The notes below the pieces were generated by a model. That model did not search any database, was not told the origin of the DNA, and saw nothing but the letters and a program-made list of their open reading frames with translations. A stretch of DNA of 64,000 nucleotides from Mobula hypostoma (lineage: Eukaryota), in the NCBI RefSeq assembly GCF_963921235.1, contig NC_086108.1, positions 41,418,001-41,482,000 of the forward strand. Reading direction: 5' to 3'. Both the position numbers and the translations under genes were made by a program. Shown here piece after piece: positions 50,143-62,940 of the stretch (positions within the stretch are counted from its first letter, which is position 1; every line of letters begins with the position of its first letter).

Positions 50143-50849
50143 TGACATTTCTGTTTCTTTGCCAGGCTATTTCAATACCTACCTGGCCAGACAGTGTTAA
50201 AATCTACTAACCTCAATCAACCTGGGCTCATCCAAAATTCTGCTGAACATGTTCTAAGTTACATGAACAAGTCCCACTTATACATCACCATTGGGTTCAT
50301 TGACCTCTCGTTGAAATTCCTCCCTGGTTTGCCCTTCCCTATCAGCACAAGTGCTGAGTGTTCTCTGAACTCAGCGGTGGAACACTCCGGCATGCACTGA
50401 GCTTACAGTGTGTGTGTTACAAGTTCACTGAATTTAATATTTTCAGCTGTGTGCATTCCCTGAACCCAACAGTGTGAACCCTTTGACCGACTGACAATGA
50501 GTGGATCGAATTACATATTGCAAAGATTTTGAGCGACCCTGCAACAGACAGGATCAAATTATCCATTTTAGCCAACTGTGGGTTTAGTTGTGCACACCAT
50601 GGGCGCAAGTCAATATTCTCATCCAGTTTCACTTCTGCTACAAATAGTGCTGAAAGGAATGAGGATGGCATTGATCTTTTAAGATTTGAAAGAATGAGAG
50701 TAAATGTATGTCAGGGTTCTCTTCATCCAATTATTTCTTGCAAAATCAATTGTGTCTCAGGATTCTTACAAAGAAGCCATTTTTATTCAATGCACCAGAG
50801 TGGGATATGAACCCAGAGCCAAGTTGCCTAATATTATGGTATTAAGATA

Positions 50850-53250
50850 CCATTGAAAATTTATAGTGCAGAGGACAACCAATTAGCTCATAGGGTCAGT
50901 ACCTGTCAGAGATTTGGTAACCAATGGAATTGCAGTTCCCAGCCTTGGTCCACAGACCTCTGAGTTCACATCCAGGTTTCTGCTTGCCTTACCCTTTTTA
51001 AGCAGAGTTCAAGATATCTATCATCCTCTGAGTGGAAGACTTTCTTGACTTCTCTCTAATCCTATTACCATTTTTCAGTCTATGATCCACTGGTTTAGAA
51101 ACCCTCAGTTGAAAGGAATCCCTTCTTACTCTTGAATCTGTATAAGTCTTCATAATGTTGTAAAATTGAAAAGGATTTTCCCCTCAGACTCCGTAGCTCC
51201 ATAGAAAGCAACATTTAGCTTTTCCTTTCTTTTCCTTTAACTGCAGTTTTCCAGTCCTGCTAACATTTTAATTCAGCCTTGCTGCACCCTCACCAGTGCA
51301 ATCACATTTGGTAACCAGAATGATAAAAATTGGCCTAACTATACTTTACACCACAATGGCATAACCTCCTAATCTTATGTTCTGTGCTTCAACAACTAAT
51401 GGAAAACATTCCTTTTGTCTCCGTTACCACCTTATTGACTTGGCCTGCAACATTTAATAATCTGTCAGCATCTCTGTTCCTCCACAACATTCAATTTCCT
51501 GATATCTATTGTGTATTCACTTGACTTTTTCTACAGCATTACCTCATAGTTCTTTGATTAAATTACATGTCATCTTTCTGCTCAAATAACCAAATCATCT
51601 GTATCTTCTGTGGTCCAAAACTTTCATCATCACTGTCAACCAAGCAGTTTCTGAATCATCACCAAACATTTTTCGAAGTGCCTTTTATGTATTGAGGTCT
51701 GAATTCTTAGTGAGCATTTCATGAAGTAAGATACTCCAGTCTTTACCCCGTTGTACCCCATTGATAATAGTCACAAATATGCCTAGCAGCAATTAACATA
51801 TGCATCCTGCCATTGAAACAATTTTGAATCTAATTTGCAATTATCCCCTAGATCTCATGTGCTTTTACCTTTTTGTCTTCAATGTGTGAACTTATCAAAG
51901 TCTTGGCAGAATTCACGTAGACTACAAGACCGCATCAAGTGCCATACCTTCATCAACGATCAATGCCACTGCCATAGAAATCGCAAACAACCTTGATGGA
52001 CATGACCAGCACTTAAATAAAAGCATCCATGCTGTGAAATGGTTTCTTATTTATTAAGATTTATGGTTCTTTGAAATAGATTACAATAATTTGCCCACCA
52101 CCAAAGACAGATCAGAATCAAGTTTATTATCATTGGCTCATGTCATGAAATTTGTTAACTTAGCAGCAGCAGTTCAATGCAATACATAGTATAGAAGAAA
52201 GAATAATAATAAACCAATCAATTACAGTATATGTATATTGAATAGATTAAAAATCGTGCAAAAAACAGAAATAATATATATTAAAAAAGTGAGGTAGTGT
52301 TCAAGCATTCAATGTCCATTTAGGAATCAGATGGCAGAGGAGAAGAAGCTGTTCCTGAATCACTGAGTGCGAGCCTTCAGGCTTCTGTATCTCCTGCCTG
52401 ATGGTAATAGTGAGAAAAAGGCACGCCCTGGGTGCTAGGATTGTTAATAGTCGTTATCTTGCCTTCTTTATAGCTGCATCGATATGTTGGGACCAGGTTA
52501 AGTTCTCAGAGATCTTGACACCCAGGAACTTGAAACTGCTTGTCTCTCCAGTTCTAATCCCTCTATGAGGATGGGTATGCGTTCCTTCATCTTACCCTTC
52601 CTGAAGTCCACAATCAGCTCTTTCGTCTTACTGACGCTGAGTGCCAGGTTGTTGCTGCAACACCACGCCACTAGTTGGTACATCCTGCTCCTGTACGCCC
52701 TCTCATCTCTATCTGAAATTCTACTGACAATGGTTGTATCGTCAGCAAATTTATAGATGGCATTTGAAGTATGCTTAGCCACACAGTCATGGATATGGAA
52801 AGAGTAGAGCAGTGGGCAAAGCACACACCCCTGAGGTGCTCCAGTGTTGATCGTCAGCGAGGAGGAGATGTTATCACCAATCCGCACAGATTCTGGATCC
52901 GCCAATCTCTCCTGTAGTTATTTAATGCATCTTTTCCTTCCTTTTGAATAAACATTAGCAGTGTTTCAATCCCCTGGTACCACTTATACAGCAAAGGAGG
53001 ATTAAAAACTACAGTTAGAGCCACAGCATTTTTCTTCCTTGTTTTTTATATACATTGCAATATACTCCATCTGGGTCTGGTAATTTATTCATTTCTAAAG
53101 AAGGTAAACCTCTTAATATTTCTACTTTTACAACATTTACCTTGTCCAGTCTTTCACAGTTATCCAACCTAACAGCAATTTTCTGTGCTGCGCTGTGACA
53201 ACCAGTAAAAGTGTTCATCAGGAATTTTACCTACATCCATTTCCACACAC
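50850..53250 (-). mobile_element. Highly decayed CR1 interrupted by a Rex1-like insertion
   Basis: Minus-strand remnants of VYVNSAKTLISSH-type, FGDDSE and KLPDPDGVY motifs. Boundaries approximate. Confidence 0.5.
52110..52905 (-). mobile_element. Rex1/Babar-like LINE: 3' end (52110-52440) plus RT segment (52450-52905), with an internal deletion between them
   Basis: NTGAPQGCVLCPLLYSF..IYKFADDTTIV..WCCSNNLALSVSKTKELIVDFRK; AGAATC tail. Confidence 0.88.
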
Positions 53251-54559
53251 AAGTAATCTTCTTGATCCATAATTGCCTTTGCGACTGCATTTCCTGATCC
53301 CATTCCAACATATATTTGCTGTAAGTTCATTTGTTTTTTCTCTATTGGTCTACAAATTACAATTCATTTAGCTCTTCATTTAATTGTTGTCGCTGCCTGT
53401 TTTCCTAACATGTTACTTTACTCATGGTACCTGCAGGGTGGGTACAAAACTACAAAGACCTCATATAAACTTATCTGGGGAAGAAAGCCTTATGATAAGA
53501 TTATCTTGAACTCTTCTGGTTTTGCTTTTTAATTGGCTGCCTATAATACCTATTGCCTTTGTTTATCAAACAATTGTTGATTTTTCATCCTGATAGATCA
53601 GAATTTGTATGTGGTGAAGGCATACCGAGCATTTTTGTGATGAACTGACTGATGGGTTCCACATGGCTTCTGCTCAGTTTTAGTTCCAAAAGGGCAAAGG
53701 CCAACTATAGAAATTGATGCAATGTGTCGATTTCTCTCTCAATGACCCGTTTTGCCTCAGGATGATGCCATTTGCCCATTTGTGGGGTATTGGAGTGCTG
53801 TTTGCATTTCCCCATGCCCTCCCATGCTTTTGAACCATTGCATGATTTGAGGGACAATATGTTCAGCACCAATGAATCCAAACTTTTGTGCAAATATTTG
53901 GTCACTAATTTATCTGCCTCATTCATATTCTTTTCTGTAATGTAGATTAACACATTTTAGCATTTGACAATATTTGTAAATAATGTGATATCATACTGGC
54001 CATCTGTAACATACATCTGAAAAAATACTAGAATGGCATAAAACACTCCTAAAGTGGTGTATTTTTGGATAAGTGGAAATTCATTTCTGATTCGGGTTCT
54101 GTTTGTACCAAGCTTATATGCATTAGTTCAGTCCTGGTAGGTGCCCTCCAGACCGTCATCTACTGAATCAGATGTTATACATTTACAAGCCACTCCAGGT
54201 CTTCAACACATAACCTCAGTCATCAGGAGGTGGCTGTCCTGCAGAAAAATGCTGTCTTTCACCTGAAATGGCCAAACTGAGATGGACTGGATTTTCCCAT
54301 TCTACTCAAAAAGAGTGACTCAAACCTAAGAACATGGTCATGATTTTCTCCCCCAAAATTACAACCAGTTCCTGGAAGCAGCTCAAAGCATATCATGTCC
54401 AATGAACATTTTCCTGAAATTATTTCAGCACTTATCTGAAATAAGTAATGCCAAAAAGTGAACCTAGGTCAATTCCAAGACCCACACTGACACTTCTTGT
54501 ATTGGTAAAATTATTGAGGGTTGTGCATTTAAGTAGGTATGATATAAACCAGTTGGTCA

Positions 54560-55375
54560 TGTTGGACAACCGAAATAAACATATACATAGAGAGGACGAA
54601 AGGCCTACAATGGTTCCATGGTTCTCTGAGGCAGAGAATCCCAAAGAGAAGAAGCTGCTGTTTTTCCACTTGGAAGGGGTAAACCTGTATCCTGAAATCA
54701 TATACCCTGTACCCTAGTTCTAAACGACTCCACTGGGGGGACACATAAACTCAGCAAGGACCCTATCAATATCCCTCAGACTTTTATATATATCTTAGTG
54801 AGATCACCCGCCATTCTTCTGTACTCCAATGAATATAGGCTCAATCTGTCTTCCTACTTCAACCTCTTTGTCCCAGGGAACAAACCAGTAAATCTTCTCA
54901 GGACTGCCTCCACTGCATGTAAATATGGTGGTCAGTTTGTGTTCAGCAAAGTGCCACCAGCATTAATGAGATTAAATACTCATTATTGGTCAAAAAGAAT
55001 AGCACACATATACCCAATGATCGCTTAAGAAACAAGAGCAAGTGTAATTGATCCCTCAAGTGTGCCCCACCAGACAATAAGGTCATGAATGATCCGATCC
55101 TGGGCTTAACACCACTTTCCCATTCCTTCCCTTTAGGCCTTGAATCCCTTGTTACTTAAAGATCTGTCGATCCCCAACTTAAATATATTCAATGACTTTG
55201 CCTTCGCTGCTCTGTAGGGTAGAGAATTCCAACACCCATCCAAGCGGAGAAGTTCTTCCTTATCTCCACCTGAAATGGATGGCTCTTACTCTAAGATTAT
55301 GACCCCCCAGTTCAAGTTTCCCCTACTATGGTAAATTTCCTCTCAGCACCTACCCTGCCAATTTCACTCAGACTC
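54560..55375 (-). mobile_element. Two decayed CR1 3' fragments (~54560-54925 and ~55025-55375)
   Basis: GAGATCACCCGCCATTCTTCTGTACTCCAA (RMAGDL antisense) and GGGTAGAGAATTCCAA (WNSLP antisense). Confidence 0.6.
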
Positions 55376-55384
55376 TTTTTTGTT

Positions 55385-55690
55385 CCTGCCATCACCTTCC
55401 TCTGGTGCAACAGCCCCTCTTCCCTTTCTCTCATGGTCCAATTTCCTCTCCTATCAGATTCCTTCTTCTTCAGCTGTTTACCTCTTCCAGCTATCACCTT
55501 CTCACTTCATACACCCCTCTTTCACAGCCACCTGCCCCCTCACCTGGTTTCACGTATCACCTACCAGGTTCTACTGCTTCCCCCTTTCTTTCCAGTCCTG
55601 ATAAAAGGTCTCTTCCTTAAACCTTGAAATTTTATTTCCCTCCATAGAGGGTGCCTGACTTGCTGAGTTACTCCAGCATTTTCTATGTGC
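55385..55690 (+). mobile_element. Penelope-like 3' UTR/pLTR fragment with a decayed hammerhead motif
   Basis: Collinear with 62020-62310; CAGTC-CTGATAA-AAGGTCTC at 55593-55612. Confidence 0.75.
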
Positions 55691-58600
55691 TTTGCACAAT
55701 GAAATTATTTTGTTTTCTTAATGTCACCATTCTGCTACAAACATTTTCATACCTCTTTTTCAAAAGAGTATTGGAACCTTTGGTGGCCAAGGAGAGTGAT
55801 TTGTCAGCCTAGACCACTGTTTGATTTTGAACACAGACTCTGGAACAGAAATGAACACCTCTATCTATATGTAATCACGTACATATACAAAACCTTCACT
55901 CCTGATGTAGCACTGATTAGACAGGCAATTTGTATACTATTTGTCAACTCAAAAGCTGCTCGCCTTCATGATTTAATCCTCAATTTGATGTGCCAAGTGA
56001 AAATTGTCAAGTAGATTGTGAAATACTATCATTATTTTTATATTCCATTGATGTAAGTGAACATAAATCCAGTGAGATGATACCAGGTTTGTTGAAAACT
56101 CAGATGAAGATCTTAAGCCATATCTGATATAGACAGCCATGGTTACCCTCACTGAAGGGAGGGTATACCGTAGCCATCTACTCTTCAGACACTAGATCAC
56201 TTCCCTGTTTATTCTCCAGGGTGAGTTTAGCTGCCAAAACCTGCTATTTGACTATCTGAGCGCTGGATTCCCCCCACGAATAAGGAGGAGATACTTCCAG
56301 CTAACAAAGTAGTTTTAACAAAGTTCATTTACGTTTAGTGATACATGCTTAAATCCAGACAAATTTTTTCTAAAATACATTTGAACACACAGAATTTTTT
56401 ATCTTTAAAACAGATTTCCAAATTACAAACAATTTCTTAACACAAACGATATCCAAAACCCAGGTACAATTCCTATAAGCTAAAAAGGCGTATCAACAAG
56501 TTGCAGACAAAGAAATCATCCATCACAGTTATCAAAGGCAGAGGAATGTATTCTGGTCACCCCATCTTTTTGTCATTCTTCTTGCTCTTCTGTAACCATT
56601 CCTCACAAGTCTGACTACTCTCTAATATTTTTACTCTTTTTTTGCCACTTGGGTGATTTCAACACATGTGATACATTTTCATATACCTTTTCACACAGGT
56701 GGTCTAAAGCTTCTGAGGGCAGAGTTCCCAGATATCCATAATGCTATAAAGCTGACTCTGAGCACACAAGCCTTCCAACTATTTATACATGGGCTACTCG
56801 AGGTTCTAAATGATTGTATCAATCTGGTCTGCAAGCTTCCTTGAACTAATAACTTTGGCAGCATTAGCTGGTTTGAAACAGGCCAATTAGTATAACCCAA
56901 CTGTCTTTCACTGCAACTAGCCCCATGCTGTGAACCAGCATCCTGTGCTCTATAGACAGTGCTGTTTGTTTGCAAAGCTATCCTTTTAATTTCATACTGG
57001 TTATTGCTTGCCATTTACAATAAGAACTGAAGATTGGCTCCCGTTTATGACAAGCAGCTGAACAAAAATATTTGTTGGAAGTTCAACTTACTCAAAAAGA
57101 ACTCTTTGATCTCTACAAACTGAGCTTGGCAAAAAAGGGTCTGTGGCCCTGGACAGTGAATGTCCATCACACAAGGTACAGCACTGCACAAATGTTAATT
57201 CTATTAAGGAATGTATTATTACAGCCGAGAAACTTGTATCTTATTTTCTATCTGCAGCTCCAATATGTATGAAACAACAGGTTGTTTTCTTTATGTCCTT
57301 TAACCTCTGCTTCCAAAAAAAATACACATTTATAAGGAGTGGAATATACAAGTAGGGTAACTATTTTTCATAAGACTGTATCAGGCTGAAAAAAATTACC
57401 CAAATCAAAACTTTTTTATACAATTATAAAAAAAAAGTGCATAAAGCAGTAATATCACTGAAAATAATGTTACATTGATAGTCTCTGGGCTATGCTAATG
57501 AACCATTGTTATTGTGTAACAATGCTGGCATTTCCCTTGAGATGTTAAGTATGCTGTAAGTTCTGTCAGTATTATCTGGTTAAATATTAAGGCTCAATTC
57601 CAATCAACAATTGCTGCACAATTAAGTCTGGGTGAGAATATGGGGTCTTTTGTAGGTATTCGAAATGTAGGTGCACTTTGTTTGCCATTTATTTTCATTT
57701 TGTGGGCACAGATCTACAAATGAGGCCTTTCGAACTTGAGCAGCAGCATCTTGTAACCTCTTCCTTGTTAATCTGATTATCGTGGCATGTCATCTCATAG
57801 TTTGTGTGCAACATGCAGACGGAAGACTGTCAGCCATTTATAAAAGGGCAAAGGTGGCTGCTTTTACATTGCTTGGCTCTAGATGATAAACTTCAGCAGA
57901 GTAACTGACCTGCTGAAGAGGGGTTGTTCAAATCTCTTTGATTGCCATTGCTAAGTGACTTTTTTCTCAGCCTGAGCCCCACTCCAAACGAAGATCATTT
58001 AGCCAGTTTTATTTTATTAACAAGGGACAGGTTTACAATCCCAAGAGAGTTAAAATTTGATGTCTGGGTCCTCTCTCAATTGGATATTGTCACCTGGTAA
58101 CTATACTGCAGGAATCCTGTTATTGTTAAAGCTGTAAATCATTGCACTGTAAGTGTTAAGGTTTATTAATTATTTCCAATGGTGGCATTTATTATTTCAG
58201 CATAAAGTATATTTGTAGTAAAGAATGTTTGTGAGTGCCAGGTCCTGTTGCTGTTTTAGTACTTTTAGTGCAAACATGGCTGACAGGTTAATGGTTAAAC
58301 ATACTATTTGCACTGCCATTAAATCAACTAGAGTGGCACAATAGTAATGGCTGATGAAAGTACAGGCTTATGAAGAAAGGACAGTTAAGTACTGGACCTT
58401 GCTTTAATGTGCCCATCAAAAGCACACTGTACAACTGACCAAGCGCATTTGATTAGTTAAAAATATTGAATCTGCATAAGAGTCATAGGATATGAATTCC
58501 ACCCAAACTTATTTCCTTTATGTAGACAACAAAAAGAGCACAACTCACAAATCAAACAAATGTATACTAGGATTATAATTACTATGTCAAGTTGGAACCC

Positions 58601-60149
58601 CTCTTGTGCAAGACAAGGAGAGTGAAAAACAGCTCTTAGCACAGTGATCTCGCATTAATTAAACCTAACACAGTGATGGTCAAAGTGCATACATCAGGTT
58701 ATATAAACCTGCCCTCTGTGTGGATTGGTTATATTGGATTTATGAAGCTCAGCGTTTTGCATCTGGATTTGAGAGTCAATTCTTTATAGCTAAACGAAAA
58801 GTTATCTCAGAATCATGGCTCAAAAGCATCAGAGCTTAAAGCAAAAAAAAATTCCTCTGGTTCATATGGTTGTTAATAAAAGATAATTGCCAGAAGGAAT
58901 TTATTGAAATGGTCATTTTTCAAACCTCTTTTGCCGACTTTCTTAGTGATACTGAGAACCCCAGCACCTGGTAGTGCAGATAAGGTATTTTACAAAGCAC
59001 AATCAAAAGAGGGTAAATATGCCGACATTTTATGGTGCTAATAATTAAGCGAATATTGCTGGATCTCCTGGTGGAAAGTGTGGAGGGCCAACAAGACCTG
59101 TTATTATGTTGTCATCCTGCACATTGTCATCCATCTGAACCAGGAGACAGCCATTGTGACTAAATGAAAATGTGAACCAGAGGGAGTTTAGGTTGCTGCA
59201 TTTTCCCTGCCATGGATACCATTGTGAATATCCTAACTGGACTACACCAGAATTATAGTTGTTTGTATGGAGGTCAATTAGCCCAAATATTCCTATGAAG
59301 TTATCAACAAGACCAAATTAAATATCACTTTTACACATCATTCAATATTGCTCAGCAGGAACTTCACTGGAGATTTAAATTCAGCACCAGAACTGATCTT
59401 GTCAATTTTCCAACTAATAGGTTAAATTAAAATGTCATTATTTTTCAGCTGGAAGGATTTGTTTTTGCACGATTACCAAGGTCACACTCAGTGGTGCTGC
59501 AAACATTTGAATAAAGTTTGACTTGGTTTTGGCTGTTACAGACTCTTTACCATCCACTTTTACAGCTGTGCTGTTTGCAGTATCATCCACTAAGTGGAAT
59601 TTTAAGCATGAATGAACAAATAACAGCCATTTAACCAACCCTTCTCTGTATTGTCATTATTCCCAAAAACCAACTCAGTTTGTTTATTTTAAGAGAAAAG
59701 GTAGAATAATTTTTGCTCCGAAAGATCAATGGAACAAAAATCCAGGATTTTTACTCATCCTTCTCTTCTGCTATTCACCGTTAGTATTGTAATTCCATAG
59801 TCCCTGTGGTTAGCAATGAATATATTCAAAGAAATGTTCTTCCCTTCTTATTCATTGTAACTTGCAATGCCATTCTTAATCAGCTACTTAGCCTCCTCCC
59901 TTCTAAAGATTTCAGACAGTGAATCAACAATTTTAGCTGTAAGTTTAAAGTGCACTTCCAGTGCTCGTGGAGTATAAGTAAAAGACAAACTAAATTCTTG
60001 CCCATTTTATGTCCTTATCCTCAAATGCTGCTTCATATTGGTTTTAAAAATATCCTTTCTCTTATAAACCTGATCTCATACTTTGCTTAGCCTTCTTTTC
60101 CCCCAATGGAAACAAATTCAGCTCTTTGAACTTTATTTCATGATTTTCT

Positions 60150-60385
60150 TTTTATTTTATTTAGAGATACAGCAGGGTAACAAGTCTTACCAGCCCAACA
60201 AGCCCATGCCATCCATTTACATCCATGTGACCAATTAATCCACAAACCCATATGCATTTGGGACGTGGGAGCAAACTAGAGCATCAAGAGGAAATCCACA
60301 TGGTCACAAGGAGAGCATACAAACTCCTTACAAAGAACGTGGCTCACTGACACTGTGGCAGTGTTATGCTAAGCACTATGCTACA
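60150..60385 (-). mobile_element. Degenerate V-domain SINE
   Basis: GTGGGAGCAAACTAGAGCATCAAGAGGAAATCCACA is the antisense V-domain; (TTTA)n tail at ~60150. Confidence 0.6.
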
Positions 60386-61060
60386 ACTTGAATCCCAAAA
60401 TCTCCTGCTTCAGTCTATGTTATGTTCTGAAAACTGTGAGTCACATTTGAAATGTCCTTTCAATAATGATTTGTGCAAGATTCAAACAACTTGATTCAAT
60501 TTCCAGTTAAGTACCTTGAGATGGATTCAGAAACAGCATTAGATTCATTATCACTGACTTACATAACTTGAAATTCGTTGATTTGTGAAAATTTTGACAT
60601 GATAAAATCAAAGATTCCAGTGCCTTGTTAATCTGCTGAACAGATCCAAACTATACTTTTTTGTCATGAGCAAAGGTCAAAAATATCACATCAAATATTT
60701 TCCAATTCCAATTCCCCCTTTAGATACACACACATTTCAAGTATCCTCTCATTAAATTTCCTTTTTCTAATGCTTAAAATGATTATGGTTGATTTCTATA
60801 CTTTCTTCTGTAACTACCTTTTCCTGTAATAACTATCCTTAACTGAATTTAGATATATATTTTATTTTAAATATGTCTTAACAAAATATGCCTCACATGC
60901 AACTCTCTTTACCTATTCTCAAATGAGTATTGTGGGATTTGTTTATCAATGACATCTTTGGTTAATTCAGAATGATTCCATCTGATCTGTTGTCTTTAAA
61001 AGCCAGAAGTTATCGCCAGCATTTGTTTTAACGCCAGTAAAGAAACAGTAACACTTTAGT

Positions 61061-61160
61061 AGATACATCAAAGTTGCTGGTGAACGCAGCAGGCCAAGCA
61101 GCATCTATAGGAAGAGGCGCAGTCGACGTTTCAGGCCGAGACCCTTCGTCAGGACTAGGT
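61061..61160 (-). mobile_element. Well-preserved Penelope-like pLTR segment in inverted orientation at the 5' side of the element at 61200-62350
   Basis: Reverse complement is homologous to 62214-62310, with CpGs retained. Confidence 0.8.
61120..61157 (-). ncRNA. Minimal type I hammerhead ribozyme motif with intact catalytic core (Penelope-associated)
   Basis: Minus strand UAGUC-CUGACGA-AGGGUCUCGGCCU-GAAA-CGUC^GACUG. Stem I is UAGUC/GACUG, both core boxes are intact, stem II is short, stem III is the palindrome ACGU and the cleavage triplet is GUC. Confidence 0.8.
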
Positions 61161-61199
61161 GTCAGTTGTTGCCAGTCAACCAGGATGTATCACATAAAC

Positions 61200-62350
61200 C
61201 TTCTCAGGAGGGTTTTCTGTGACATCAGAGATGTCTTCCTTCTTCATAGAATGGGGTTTCCCTTCCTCCAGTATTGATGCTGCCCTCACCCACATCTCCT
61301 CCATTTCCCGAATATCCACGCTCACAACACTCTCCAGCCACTGTAATAGTGGTAGAGTTCCTCTTGTCCTTATCTACCACCTCATCAGCCTCTGCATCCA
61401 ACACAACGTTCTCCACAACTTCTGCCATCTCTAAAGGGAACCTACCACTAAACATATCTTTACACCCCCACCCCTCTGCTTTCTACAGGGATTACTCCCT
61501 CCATGATTCCCTTGTTCATTCATACCTCTCCACAGATCTCCCTCCCGGCACTTATCCCTGCAAGTGGCCTAACTACTACACCCGCCCCTACACCTCTTCC
61601 TCACCTCCGTTCAAGGCTCCAAACAGCCCTTCCAGATGAGGCAACACTTCGTCTACGAATCTGCTGGGGTCATCTATTCTGTCCAGTGCTCCCAATGCGG
61701 CCTCCTCTATATTGGTGAGATCCATCTTAAATTGGGGGACGGCTTCATCGAGTACCTCTGCTCCATCCGCCAAAAGCGGAACATCCCGGTGGCCAAATAT
61801 TTTAATTCCGATTCCCGCTTCCATGCCAACATTCAGTCCATGGCCTCCTTTTGTGCCAAGATGAGGTCACCCTCAGTTTGGAGAAGCAACACCTTATATT
61901 CCTTCTGGATAGCTTCCAACCTGATAGCATGAATATCAATTTCTCCTTCGAAAATGTTCAAAAATGTTTTTCCTTCCCCCTCCCCTCTTCTTCTATTCCC
62001 CACTCTGGCCTTTTACCTCTTCTCACCTACCTATCACCTCCTCCTTGGTCCCCTCCTCCTTCCCTTTCTCCTATGGTCCACTTTCCTCTCCTATCGATTC
62101 CTTCCTCTCCAGCCCTTTACCTTTCCCACCCACCTGCTTTCACCTATCACCTACTAGCTAGCATCCTTCCCCTCTCCCCACCTTTTTATTCCCACTTCTT
62201 CCCCCTTCCTTTCCAGTCCTGTTAAAGGGTCTCGGGCCGAAATGTCGACTGTTTATTCATTTCCATATATGCTGCCTGACCTGCTGAGTTCCTCCAGCAT
62301 TTTGTGTGTGATGCTCTGGATTTCTAGCATCTGCGACTTTTTCATGTTTA
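61200..62350 (+). mobile_element. Penelope-like element 3' portion (linker, GIY-YIG endonuclease, 3' UTR, pLTR)
   Basis: RVPLVLIYH; GTYPCKWPNYYTRPY; GVIYSVQCSQCGLLYIGE..LGDGFIEYL (GIY-YIG); LEKQHLIFLLDSFQPDSMNINFS; terminal CAGTC-CTGTTAA..GAAA-TGTC-GACTG at 62214-62251. Confidence 0.88.
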
Positions 62351-62733
62351 TGATTTGTCACACGCCTCTTGTATTGTTAAGAAATACCTGTGATTGGAAG
62401 TTTATTCTGTGCACAGCAGCTGGCCATCGCAGTGCCGAGCACAGTTATTGTTGGTAGATGGAACCTTGTTAACCTGGGAATGACCGGTTTTTCAAGAACA
62501 ATGATCTCTTAATTTTCATTCAGAGGCTTTAGCGGGAGACATGATTAGAGATGTGAAACTGTTATACGTTTAGATAGGAGGTTCATTATTTGCTGTAGTA
62601 GTAGAACTAGATGCACCATGTGCCGTCATGCACAGATGGAAAGATAATCAACTACAAAAGTGATGGTGCAGAGCAATGTCAAATCTTGTCCCTCTCTTAC
62701 ACAGCACACCAGCTGTAACAGATGCACTTTTCG

Positions 62734-62940
62734 GAATCAGATGAAGAATCAGTTTTATTATCACTAACCAATTTGTTCTTTTGCAGCAGTACAGTGCAAA
62801 CAAATAAAAATTACTATAAGTTACAAAATAAATGAACAGCACGAAAAAAAAACTAGCAAAGTAGTGTTCATGGGTTCATGGATCATTCAGAAATCAGATG
62901 ACAAAGAGGGAGAAGCTGTTCCTAAATCATTGAGTGTGTT
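62734..62940 (-). mobile_element. Short Rex1/Babar-like 3' end
   Basis: GAATCAG tail and GTAGTGTTCATGGGTTCATG..GAGAAGCTGTTCCTAAATC, shared with 23520-23822. Confidence 0.7.

Noticed and set aside
62214..62251. Hammerhead at the 3' terminus of the Penelope copy as an active ribozyme
   Set aside because: Core box mutated to CUGUUAA and stem III palindrome broken (AUGU); predicted inactive.
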